A stretch of 25,168 nucleotides of DNA, from positions 1 through 25,168 of the IMG/VR virus record IMGVR_UViG_3300025736_000182, one strand, 5' to 3'. The notes beneath the pieces were generated by a model. The model was not told the DNA's origin, searched no databases, and worked only from the letters and a program-made list of their open reading frames with translations. Below are positions 1 through 7,577 of this stretch, piece by piece (position 1 is the first letter of the stretch; every line of letters starts with the position of its first letter). A program made the position numbers and the translations under genes. The DNA is from a virus. Its lineage: Duplodnaviria; Caudoviricetes.

Positions 1-58
1 TGAATGAGCCTACCAAGGTGCCTTTGGACATAATTTCAATCGTTTCAGTTGTTGCCAT
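1..58 (-). CDS. 5' end of a hypothetical protein running off the window (MATTETIEIMSKGTLVGSF...)
   Basis: ATG at 58-56 with AGGAG (72-68) 9 nt upstream; frame open to the window edge; not in the ORF track. Confidence 0.6.
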   Translation of the reverse strand, partial: MATTETIEIMSKGTLVGSF

Positions 59-136
59 AGTGTTAATCTCCTGTTTTTTCCGGTATGTTGTGTTATTTAT
101 TAACCTCTGCCACGCACCTGTGTGTATTGTTAAAAG

Positions 137-577
137 TTAGTAGATGAACTTCTTAATATCATTCACCTTAACGTCAGAGTCCGGATCGTCTATATACTTC
201 CCGTCCGGTCCAGGCACTTGTTTATTCTTCTGCACAACTTCCATCGTGCCTTCCGCGCCCAGGTAGTCTTCGGTGACTAGTTGCTGGCCGGTCCAGGGCA
301 GGCCCACGGCTTTTGTTGCGGAAACGAGCATCCCTACTCCACCAGTGTCCACCTTTCCGTCTACCATCCAGGGTAGGACAGTGAAGTAGGAGAGTTTGTA
401 TTCTTTGGCTTCGTGTACGATGGCATAGGTCCACCGAAGCATCGGGCGGCCTTTCTTAGAGGTCATGGCCTCTACGGACTGTACTCGGAAAGAGTAAGTG
501 CCTGCTGGCAGTGGGGTGAAAACATCCTCATCTTGTACGTCTGAGTAGTCTACGTTCAGGTCGATAACTGGACTCAT
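137..577 (-). CDS. DUF669-like phage ssDNA-binding (OB-fold) protein
   Basis: 'FTPLPAGTYSFRVQSVE..TSKKGRPML' N-terminal signature and 'NDIKKF' C-terminus typical of DUF669 proteins; lies downstream of a Sak4-like ATPase; AGGAG RBS. Confidence 0.75.
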   Translation of the reverse strand: MSPVIDLNVDYSDVQDEDVFTPLPAGTYSFRVQSVEAMTSKKGRPMLRWTYAIVHEAKEYKLSYFTVLPWMVDGKVDTGGVGMLVSATKAVGLPWTGQQLVTEDYLGAEGTMEVVQKNKQVPGPDGKYIDDPDSDVKVNDIKKFIY

Positions 578-686
578 AATAAAATCTCCTATTAGGTTTG
601 CGTTTAGTGTTTATTGCGTAGTGCTTAATGTGTAGGGTTTATTTCTGACTCATCTTTTTAACCTCCTGTTTTGGGGTATTATACTT

Positions 687-896
687 CTATACGATCTTCA
701 GCAGTGTGTATATAATGGTAAAAGTGCTGGGAATTGCGGCAACCTTTTGGACTATATAAAACTGTCCTTCTATGTCTAGGTAGTCCCCTGCCGTGTAAGA
801 AAAGGGGTTGTCTTTTATAACCAAAAGAGCGTGCTCTTTATGGTTGAATATATCTGTGGTGTAGTATTCATCAGTGTAGTCTATTGTCTGGGTCAT
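687..896 (-). CDS. Hypothetical protein, 69 aa (start revised to MTQTIDY)
   Basis: AAGGAG upstream of the ATG at 896; the track start at 947 overlaps the ATPase gene. Confidence 0.6.
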   Translation of the reverse strand: MTQTIDYTDEYYTTDIFNHKEHALLVIKDNPFSYTAGDYLDIEGQFYIVQKVAAIPSTFTIIYTLLKIV

Positions 897-897
897 A

Positions 898-1668
898 TTA
901 TGCGTCTCCTTTCTGGAGTAAATCCCACGCTGGCTTGATGGTGGCATAGTTGGAGTCTATAGGGGATGGTAAGTCAAGACGACTCTTCGCTGTAACGAGT
1001 CCACTCGCCTTGATGGTGAGCATGTATTTCGTGGAGACACCCTGCTGCTTAGGCTCCATGTGGTATACCTCATCAAAATACCCGGCGAGCTCATACGCGA
1101 GCTTTCCGTTGACCATTGGTAAGCACCATGTTCTCCCACTCAACTCATCTTTTATATACTGCTCATGCGCGAGGCAGATGAAGTTAATGTTCATAGCGAC
1201 ACCAGTCTCTATAATCTCGATGAGTGCTCGGCGGAAGGTGCCCCAGTCCGGCTGAGTAGGCTGTTGGCCTGTGTGGCCTGCGCTGAATAAAACGTGCTTC
1301 ATGCAGAACATACTAGCTGAGGAGAGAGTATCCAACACAACTGTCTTAGGGGTGAAGTCTCCATACTTTCCGTGCTCCTTGAGCTGGTCAAACACCGCTT
1401 TTATAGTGATAAAGCCCATAGGTCGGGAGTCTTTCTGCTCCGGGAGTTTGTCCTGCACCGGTACGAAATAGATCTGATCTTTGTTCTGTATCCTGGGAGA
1501 TGACTTAACGGTGAGCATACCCTTATCAGAGTCTATGAATAAGCAGGGAGTGGGGAATGTGGCCGCGAGTTCTGTCTTGCCTGTTCCTGACCTCCCGTAT
1601 GCGAGTACATTCATACTCGTGGGCTTGTATGCGGAGATGGGCGTGGCATCGGGGAGTGATACTTGCAT
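898..1668 (-). CDS. AAA_24 / Sak4-like P-loop ATPase (phage single-strand-annealing recombinase)
   Basis: Walker A GRSGTGKT, 'LFIDSDKG', Walker B 'VVLDTLS', 'DWG', 'LAHE', 'AKSR' motifs; exonuclease-ATPase-SSB context. Confidence 0.85.
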   Translation of the reverse strand: MQVSLPDATPISAYKPTSMNVLAYGRSGTGKTELAATFPTPCLFIDSDKGMLTVKSSPRIQNKDQIYFVPVQDKLPEQKDSRPMGFITIKAVFDQLKEHGKYGDFTPKTVVLDTLSSASMFCMKHVLFSAGHTGQQPTQPDWGTFRRALIEIIETGVAMNINFICLAHEQYIKDELSGRTWCLPMVNGKLAYELAGYFDEVYHMEPKQQGVSTKYMLTIKASGLVTAKSRLDLPSPIDSNYATIKPAWDLLQKGDA

Positions 1669-1671
1669 TTT

Positions 1672-2004
1672 TTACTCCTCTATTTTGAGAGTGTTTGTTA
1701 CATTAAATATCTTGTTACTTCTGTGTGTGATAACCAACTCAGCAATCGCAGAGTTTTCAAACACAGTCTGAAAATAATAAGTTTCAGTAACAAATTCTCC
1801 TGCAACGATAAAGCGTTTATAGTATTGGGCATGTTCTATGTGTCGGCCTTTGACCAGGAGGTATTTATCAATAGTGGGCTTTTCCTCTACTTCCTGCTTA
1901 TCCTGTCCTTTTTTCTGCGCATACCAATTCTCAAATATCTGCTCTATGCCGACTCTTGCTATTGCCTCTTCTATATTATCGGGAATGTCTATATGTGTAA
2001 TCAT
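1672..2004 (-). CDS. Hypothetical protein, 110 aa (start revised to MITHIDIP)
   Basis: AGGAGG upstream of the ATG at 2004; abuts both neighbouring genes. Confidence 0.65.
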   Translation of the reverse strand: MITHIDIPDNIEEAIARVGIEQIFENWYAQKKGQDKQEVEEKPTIDKYLLVKGRHIEHAQYYKRFIVAGEFVTETYYFQTVFENSAIAELVITHRSNKIFNVTNTLKIEE

Positions 2005-2006
2005 CC

Positions 2007-2222
2007 TTAAACCCTCCTGTCCAGCATCCGACACGCGGCCTGTACCGCCTCGTATGCATCTTGGAATACACTTTCCAATTCCCGGAACTCTTTAAAAGAC
2101 TGGATAGTGTTCTGGCTCTTAAAAGTATCATCCAGGGCTTTGGCTCGTGCGGACATATTATGGGTATATCCGCCGAGTACGCTCACCAAGTCACATGTTT
2201 TTACACTTACTCTTTCAGGCAT
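2007..2222 (-). CDS. Hypothetical protein, 71 aa
   Basis: AGGAG RBS; tight operon packing. Confidence 0.65.
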   Translation of the reverse strand: MPERVSVKTCDLVSVLGGYTHNMSARAKALDDTFKSQNTIQSFKEFRELESVFQDAYEAVQAACRMLDRRV

Positions 2223-2365
2223 TTTTTTATCTCCTTTATTTTATCTTCTAGTATCATAATCTCCATCTCTAGGCCAGACCTTCCAGAGGCTTGACATAAG
2301 CCCAGGATTAGTATAACACATGGTATGCTTATTATAAACCCCGCCGCGAATCCAGACCAGAACAC
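2207..2365 (-). CDS. Small single-TM membrane protein, 52 aa (MFWSGFAAGFIISIPCVILILGLCQASGRSGLEMEIMILEDKIKEIKKCLKE)
   Basis: Translated by hand; TAAGGAGGT RBS before the GTG at 2365; hydrophobic N-terminal helix then a charged tail; fills the gap between neighbours. Confidence 0.7.
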   Translation of the reverse strand: MFWSGFAAGFIISIPCVILILGLCQASGRSGLEMEIMILEDKIKEIKKCLKE

Positions 2366-2377
2366 TTTAACACCTCC

Positions 2378-2965
2378 TTATAAATTGATGCATCCACTTG
2401 TGCCAACTTCTGTTATACGGAGTAAATCTTCCATAACTTCGGTTAGCATTAATGGTTCATTAACTGAATTAAACTTCCCGCCGGTTATCTCACTTATCCT
2501 CTGTAAGAAGTCATTATTACACCCATGCCCTATGCCGATTGTGTCTATGGGTGTGTCTGTGTGTATACCCACCTCATTGAGGATGGTGGACTCAGACTGA
2601 TCAGGCATCCCGTCCGTGAGCAAGACCATGTGCGAGGCGGCATCATCCCACCCGGCCAGGAGTGCGTCCAGCATATTGGTCGTTCCGGTCACCCTCAAGG
2701 AGTCTATATCTTCCTGTGTAAAGTCATACACCATAGAGCCGAATGCAATGCCATGGATGCCGGGCCGCCATATAGTGTGGAGCGCTTTTTTGAGCTCGTG
2801 TAGTCTATCCCCGCTCATACTCCCACTTATATCCGCCAAGATGTAGGTCTTACCTGATGTGTGTTTCTGCGGTAGCGTACTCTTAAGAGTCAGCTTTTTG
2901 CCATTCCCGAGAGTCTGCTTCTTCACCAACTTACTGGTATCCTTCATAGCTAAGTCATAAGACAT
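2378..2965 (-). CDS. von Willebrand factor A (vWA) domain protein
   Basis: MIDAS DISGS, 'GTTNM' Thr, 'LLTDG' Asp, 'IDTIGIG', 'LQRISEITGG'. Confidence 0.9.
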   Translation of the reverse strand: MSYDLAMKDTSKLVKKQTLGNGKKLTLKSTLPQKHTSGKTYILADISGSMSGDRLHELKKALHTIWRPGIHGIAFGSMVYDFTQEDIDSLRVTGTTNMLDALLAGWDDAASHMVLLTDGMPDQSESTILNEVGIHTDTPIDTIGIGHGCNNDFLQRISEITGGKFNSVNEPLMLTEVMEDLLRITEVGTSGCINL

Positions 2966-2980
2966 CTTTAAACACCCTCC

Positions 2981-3478
2981 TTAGTTATTCTTTGTATACA
3001 CATAATAAGCAATACCTTGGTAGACATATCCCCAGTCAGAGTGCACTCCCATAAGGTCTTCCTTAACTTGCTCATCTGATGTGTAGTAGTGATTTACATA
3101 CTGTGAATTATAGAATACATAACATGGCACCAGGGAGAACTCTTCACTTGGACTCTCTCCCACCACGGTGAATAAATCCTTCCCGTATAACACATTATCG
3201 TTGAAGTAGTACACTGTGCAAGAACCTGGAGTAACTCCGGTGATACTCACATCCGCCTGGTCTTCTTGAATGTCAAAAGCAACCTTGCAGATGGTACTGT
3301 CCGCAGAGGCAGCGTAGAAAGACGAGGTGGCGGTTAGTAAAACCTGCCGGGATTCACCTTGTACTATCTCCGGCGGTACGTCCGTCTGCGCCGGGTTGGG
3401 CTCTATGCTATGTGCCAAGGGAGTGAGAGTGAACATACTCAAGGTAGCTCCCAAAAGGGCTAGTTTTTTAATCTTCAT
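2981..3478 (-). CDS. Secreted protein with a Sec signal peptide and a C-terminal DUF5648-like repeat
   Basis: MKIKK, hydrophobic core, then an AHS cleavage site; C-terminal 'VPCYVFYN...NHYYTSD...GYVYQGIAYYVY' resembles the DUF5648 repeat unit. Confidence 0.65.
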   Translation of the reverse strand: MKIKKLALLGATLSMFTLTPLAHSIEPNPAQTDVPPEIVQGESRQVLLTATSSFYAASADSTICKVAFDIQEDQADVSITGVTPGSCTVYYFNDNVLYGKDLFTVVGESPSEEFSLVPCYVFYNSQYVNHYYTSDEQVKEDLMGVHSDWGYVYQGIAYYVYTKNN

Positions 3479-3980
3479 CTTTCAAATCTCCTAATAGTTC
3501 ACTATAAGCTGTGTTCAACTCCACCATCTTCTCGGCATCTCCACCTCTGTCTGGATGGTGCTTCTGCGCGAGTACTTTATACATACACCTCACGGCCTCC
3601 ATCGGCGCGTTCTCTACTAAATACAACTTAGACCATGCGTCCGTGGCTACCTCCTGCGCCGGGAAGTCTAGCAAGATAGTCTCTGTGTAGTGCTTATCCA
3701 GGAGATGAGCCAGCTTGTCAAACTGATCCTTGACAACATACCAACATTTGTCATTATTATCCCACATTCTTTTCTTACTGGGCAGACTTTTCTTCAACTC
3801 TTCCGTGAAAGGCTTGTTATAAGGTGCTTCTAATTGGATGAACAACCCACTCGGAAGGTATCGTAGAGATGCGACTCCGGTGGGTCCTCTCCTGCGCTGG
3901 CTAGCTACCCTCTGTCTTGGCTTTTGTGCAGTGTAAGGAGTACTACCCTGCGAAGCTCCAAAGGATTGACGTGGTTGCAT
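3468..3980 (-). CDS. J-domain protein with an N-terminal HARP/DUF5710-like domain
   Basis: C-terminal 'MYKVLAQKHHPDRGGDAEKMVELNTAY' with intact HPD; 'APYN..FTEELKK.LP..KRMWDNNDKCWYV' resembles HARP-like modules. Confidence 0.8.
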   Translation of the reverse strand: MQPRQSFGASQGSTPYTAQKPRQRVASQRRRGPTGVASLRYLPSGLFIQLEAPYNKPFTEELKKSLPSKKRMWDNNDKCWYVVKDQFDKLAHLLDKHYTETILLDFPAQEVATDAWSKLYLVENAPMEAVRCMYKVLAQKHHPDRGGDAEKMVELNTAYSELLGDLKDED

Positions 3981-3983
3981 AGT

Positions 3984-4163
3984 CTAGACCTCCCCTGTGT
4001 TGTATACCAGCTTATGCGAGTTCTTTTTCCTCACCCTTATTTCCTTCTTCCTGGGAGTGAAAGAGACCAGAATCCTGTACGATTTAATAGTCTCCTTAAT
4101 GCACCTACACGGGAATGACTGCCCGTCGTTTGTGATGAATCTAATCGGCTTTTTTGACTTCAT
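3984..4163 (-). CDS. Small basic hypothetical protein, 59 aa (MKSKKPIRFITNDGQSFPCRCIKETIKSYRILVSFTPRKKEIRVRKKNSHKLVYNTGEV)
   Basis: Translated by hand; AGGAGAC RBS; fills the gap exactly; below the track length cut-off. Confidence 0.7.
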   Translation of the reverse strand: MKSKKPIRFITNDGQSFPCRCIKETIKSYRILVSFTPRKKEIRVRKKNSHKLVYNTGEV

Positions 4164-4173
4164 CTTTTGTCTC

Positions 4174-4401
4174 CTATTTATAGAATTCCGTTTTCATCCG
4201 GTAGTACTGAATGGTTTCTCTTCTCTTGAGGGTTTTATTAAGAGTGAATAAAATCTGCCCTATGTTCAACTCCCCTGAATGTGTCTCACCGGAGTCTTTG
4301 TCATGAATAGTAACCATCATCATGTTTTTGTGTGTGCGGGTCAGGATGCCTAGTCTGTCTTGTGTCTCTAATAATATAGAGTTCCTTCTACGTTGCGGCA
4401 T
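4174..4401 (-). CDS. Hypothetical protein, 75 aa
   Basis: GGAGG RBS overlapping the end of the nuclease gene; operon packing. Confidence 0.65.
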   Translation of the reverse strand: MPQRRRNSILLETQDRLGILTRTHKNMMMVTIHDKDSGETHSGELNIGQILFTLNKTLKRRETIQYYRMKTEFYK

Positions 4402-4404
4402 TTT

Positions 4405-5295
4405 CTATACCTCCGATGAGAAAGGGTCCCAGAATTTCTGCACATATAAACGCTCCTGCAATTCCTGGGCTAGTTGCTTCGAGGATGCAGTACAAAGTGC
4501 GGTGTAATCACACTCACGGAAGAAAGGCTTGCAGTCCCAAGACTGCGGCCAGAATCCCTCCTCGCGGCACCTCTCAATGCTAAGTATATTCCCGACCGCA
4601 CTCTCTTTCCACAACTGCATTGAGTAGGAAGAGTAGTCTACAGGAATACGGGAGAGTAGCTCAGCTGGGTCTTTTGATTTGCTGACTCCTACTATATCAA
4701 CCTCTCCTGTGACGTGCTCTCCGGTCATTTTCTCAATGAGGAATTTATATCCACACATCTGCGGGTTAGGATGCACGAGGAAGTTCATATACTTGGTGAA
4801 TTTATAATCGCAGAAGGTTATACCTCTTTTAGACTCGACCAGCTTGTCAATCTTACCGACGAGGTAAGTATCCTGCATGATTTCCTCGGCGTAGGCGTTT
4901 TCAAGAGAGACCACAGTGCGCTCGTCTTTTCTGTACCTGTCGAAATATGTCTGCAAGAGAGAGCATCCAAATATGCAGGAGTAAGTAGTGGAGAGTTCCT
5001 TGCCACTCTTACCTAGCCTCGGCACTTCTTCATAAGGAGTGAAGGAGTCTACGAATTTTCTCAGCGCATATGCATCATCTTTGTAATGGTCAACAGAGTA
5101 CCAATGCTCAAGTGCGAGGTGCCCGGCAGTCCCAAACATCATTGCAGGGTTGGCTTGCTTGTTCTTAATGTCTAGACCTAGCTCATGCCGGTAGAAACAC
5201 CCACGTGGACACCATAAATATGATCTTATAGTAGAGTTGTCATAAATAGGAATCCCGGAATTGCGGAGATTTTGTATAGTAGTCTTATCCTTCAT
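4405..5295 (-). CDS. PD-(D/E)XK exonuclease, Cas4/AddB-like, probably with a 4Fe-4S staple
   Basis: N-terminal 'WCPR', 'FGTAGHLALE', 'LENAY', motif II 'GKIDKLV', motif III 'DYKFT', 'Q..GY', C-terminal Cys trio 'DCKPFFRECDYTALC'. Confidence 0.85.
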   Translation of the reverse strand: MKDKTTIQNLRNSGIPIYDNSTIRSYLWCPRGCFYRHELGLDIKNKQANPAMMFGTAGHLALEHWYSVDHYKDDAYALRKFVDSFTPYEEVPRLGKSGKELSTTYSCIFGCSLLQTYFDRYRKDERTVVSLENAYAEEIMQDTYLVGKIDKLVESKRGITFCDYKFTKYMNFLVHPNPQMCGYKFLIEKMTGEHVTGEVDIVGVSKSKDPAELLSRIPVDYSSYSMQLWKESAVGNILSIERCREEGFWPQSWDCKPFFRECDYTALCTASSKQLAQELQERLYVQKFWDPFSSEV

Positions 5296-5455
5296 CTTCC
5301 ATAACCTCCTTTTTCCCTGTATACTCTAAGACCTGTGTTACTACACTATGGCAGGAGTCACATTTATAAACACCAACACTCTTTCTAATGGGAGTCCATA
5401 ACACAGGGTGGCAGTTGTTACATTGTCTTATCTTTATATACTTTACCTCTTTCAT
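5285..5455 (-). CDS. Small zinc-ribbon protein, 56 aa (MKEVKYIKIRQCNNCHPVLWTPIRKSVGVYKCDSCHSVVTQVLEYTGKKEVMEDEG)
   Basis: Translated by hand; GAGGAG RBS; two CxxC motifs. Confidence 0.7.
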   Translation of the reverse strand: MKEVKYIKIRQCNNCHPVLWTPIRKSVGVYKCDSCHSVVTQVLEYTGKKEVMEDEG

Positions 5456-5474
5456 CTTTAATTAACTCCTCCCT

Positions 5475-5774
5475 TTATGTGTGTAAAGACCAGTGAGGAT
5501 ATGAAGCACCGTCTAGCTCAACTGAAAATGTTTGCTCAAGACCATGTAAGATCATGCCTCCGTTTAGTTTTCTAACACCGTCTTTATGAAAGCAAAATCC
5601 CCAGGAGTACTTGACAAAATCAGGAATGAGTTGAAGGTCATAATCATTACATCTACGTATTTCATTAAGTGATCTAAGACATTTGAATAAGGACTGCTTA
5701 GACTCATCACCTAATTCCTTAGCTGTCTGGACTGTAGCGCGGAACTTCTTGTGATCTGTAATCTCTATCTCCAT
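5475..5774 (-). CDS. DUF4120-like protein
   Basis: 'DFVKYSWGF...NGGMILHG...FSVEL.....WSLHT' resembles my recollection of the DUF4120 C-terminal signature; AAGGAGAC RBS. Confidence 0.6.
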   Translation of the reverse strand: MEIEITDHKKFRATVQTAKELGDESKQSLFKCLRSLNEIRRCNDYDLQLIPDFVKYSWGFCFHKDGVRKLNGGMILHGLEQTFSVELDGASYPHWSLHT

Positions 5775-6256
5775 TATTTGTCTCCTTTCTTTTTACCTGT
5801 TACGAGCCTACCAATGGCTTCTTTCTGCGCGGGCGTCAGGAGTGCGAGAGCGGCGACTAACTCCGCGCCCTTAAGTGCTTTCTGTGCAGGAGCCTTCTTC
5901 TTAGTAGACGACCTCCGCGACTTCGAGAGTGCCGGAGAGTCAAAATCCGGAAAGCTCCTCTCCTGCTCGACAGCGTGCGAGAACTCCTGTGGTGTGGGAG
6001 TATACTGTGAAACGATGTCCAATGGCGTTTTCCTCGTCGGCACACAGTCATACAAAGGCACCGAGAACTTCGCGGAGTCTGCATCATCCAGGAGAGACAC
6101 AATAGCGATACTGTGCTCAGTGTCAACATCATACACAATAGCGCAGTATCCTGTGTGTGCTGAGAGGAGTATAGTCAACTCCCCTACTCGCGCGGGCCAC
6201 TCATAAGGGCTTATCTCAAGTTCTGCAAGACCCATGTGTGAGATATGAGTAGACAT
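5774..6256 (-). CDS. Hypothetical protein, 160 aa, with a basic C-terminal tail (start revised to MSTHISH)
   Basis: ATG at 6256 is coupled by a TGATG overlap to the upstream 34-aa gene; TAATG overlap with the downstream gene. Confidence 0.65.
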   Translation of the reverse strand: MSTHISHMGLAELEISPYEWPARVGELTILLSAHTGYCAIVYDVDTEHSIAIVSLLDDADSAKFSVPLYDCVPTRKTPLDIVSQYTPTPQEFSHAVEQERSFPDFDSPALSKSRRSSTKKKAPAQKALKGAELVAALALLTPAQKEAIGRLVTGKKKGDK

Positions 6257-6360
6257 CAGGCAAAGACCAACACGAGCACAGTGCACACACATGCAAGCGC
6301 GGCTATACATACAAACTCAAACACCTCTACCGTGGCTCTCTTCAATTCTTCTCTGTACAT
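6256..6360 (-). CDS. Small membrane peptide, 34 aa (MYRRELKRATVEVFEFVCIAALACVCTVLVLVFA)
   Basis: AAAGGAGAC RBS before the ATG at 6360; basic N-terminus plus one hydrophobic helix; stop overlaps the next start. Confidence 0.65.
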   Translation of the reverse strand: MYREELKRATVEVFEFVCIAALACVCTVLVLVFA

Positions 6361-6392
6361 AGTAAAGTCTCCTTTGTGCAAAGTGGCTTTTT

Positions 6393-6536
6393 GCCTCTGA
6401 ATACATGTGAGTACACGAGGCTTATACTAATTAAAGCCCTTTGGATAGGTACCTTGTCAAAGACACAATGTCTATTCCAAGGCGGAGACCCTATCCGCAG
6501 AGCTTAGGTTGTCGACTCCTAGGAAGCCATTCCTAG
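6393..6536 (-). ncRNA. Candidate structured intergenic RNA: three hairpins including a 72-nt rod
   Basis: Nested complementary arms 6434-6440/6499-6505, 6443-6449/6490-6496, 6452-6456/6478-6482 and 6461-6465/6469-6473; flanking hairpins 6519-6536 and 6393-6421. Confidence 0.4.
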
Positions 6537-6546
6537 TCTTCGCTTA

Positions 6547-7170
6547 TCAACCTTTCTTTAATTCACTGGGTTTGGCTCGCTGCGCTCGCTGGGAGTTTTC
6601 ATAGTTAATAGTGCGTGAGGTAAAGGAAATGCGGCCTTGTCGCCTTCCTATCTCCAGCGCCTCTCTCCGCGACCACCTGAATATATCGACTCCCCTGACT
6701 ATCCTCTTATTCATCCTGTCTTGGAAAGAGAACTCTCCATAACCTTCTATGTGTATAATATCCCCGAACTTCAGTCCATATTCCCGCTCGATGTCCCTCG
6801 ACAAGGCACATATATCCTCCGCGACGGTGACCCCGGATGCAGTTATGAGTGGCGTGGAGTCCGTCTGTGCTGGGTCTGCATTATACGAGGTTATTTCTAC
6901 CTGGATACTCTCCAGCGAAGGAGATTCCTGTTCCTGAGTGGTCTCTTCCTCGGAGTAATTCTTCATAAGCGTACCCTTCTTAAACTCATCAAAGATATGC
7001 AGGACTCCCATAGGAGTAGGAGTGAAGAATGAGATCGTGAGACCTGCAATAGTAAGAGTGACCCAGTTTGACTTCCCCGAGCCGACATTGACATGACCTT
7101 CCAGCCTTATCTCTGGAGTATCAGACTCCATGTGCACCATAACCTCGGCATTTCTATACTGTGCTTCCAT
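6547..7170 (-). CDS. 3D (Asp-Asp-Asp) domain protein, MltA-type lytic-transglycosylase-like, with an N-terminal extension
   Basis: 'ITSYN...QTDSTPLITASG', 'ALSRD', 'FGDIIHIEG', 'QDRMNKR', 'VDIF' are 3D-domain motifs. Confidence 0.8.
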   Translation of the reverse strand: MEAQYRNAEVMVHMESDTPEIRLEGHVNVGSGKSNWVTLTIAGLTISFFTPTPMGVLHIFDEFKKGTLMKNYSEEETTQEQESPSLESIQVEITSYNADPAQTDSTPLITASGVTVAEDICALSRDIEREYGLKFGDIIHIEGYGEFSFQDRMNKRIVRGVDIFRWSRREALEIGRRQGRISFTSRTINYENSQRAQRAKPSELKKG

Positions 7171-7197
7171 AATGTGTCTCCTTTTATATATACTGTC

Positions 7198-7575
7198 TTA
7201 TAACTCAATCCCGGCTTCTTTAAGTATCTCCGTGAGCTTATTCAACTTATCCAGACTCGCGCCCTTGAGTGCCTTACTCAACCCACTCGCCTTAGTGGAC
7301 TTCTTCTTAGTCGCCTGTGCCGACTCGCCTGGGTTTAACTTCTTCCCGAATGTGGGCGCTTGTGTCGGCCTACACTGAACCGCCTGGACTGATAAAATAC
7401 CAGTGCGCCATTCTTGATCCAGCAAAACCTTCTTTTGAGTCAACTGACCTATCTGCCTTTGTAACTGTTCTATCTGCGTGCCTATACGACATCGCTCAGT
7501 CTCGACCTCGGACAGATATTCTAATTCTTTTTGCCTGTCTAGATCCTTCCTTAATAGTTCTCTGTCCTGAGCCAT
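7198..7575 (-). CDS. Coiled-coil hypothetical protein with a Lys-rich C-terminus
   Basis: Heptad pattern over roughly the first 55 residues; AAGGAG RBS. Confidence 0.7.
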   Translation of the reverse strand: MAQDRELLRKDLDRQKELEYLSEVETERCRIGTQIEQLQRQIGQLTQKKVLLDQEWRTGILSVQAVQCRPTQAPTFGKKLNPGESAQATKKKSTKASGLSKALKGASLDKLNKLTEILKEAGIEL

Positions 7576-7577
7576 GA

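Noticed and set aside
2291-2317. Antisense promoter TTGACA...TATAAC on the plus strand
   Set aside because: Spacer is only 15 nt and it lies within a plausible CDS; probably chance
4405-5295. Calling the nuclease cas4 / part of a CRISPR system
   Set aside because: Stand-alone Cas4-like nucleases are common phage recombination exonucleases; the context is Sak4/SSB with no cas1, cas2 or array
6430-6460. Minus-strand TTGACA as an internal promoter
   Set aside because: The best -10 (TTTAAT) is 19 nt away; the sequence is better explained as part of the rod-like stem
3378-6880. Shared pentapeptide PAQTD in the secreted protein and the 3D protein
   Set aside because: Five residues only; QTD is a 3D family motif and the similarity does not extend
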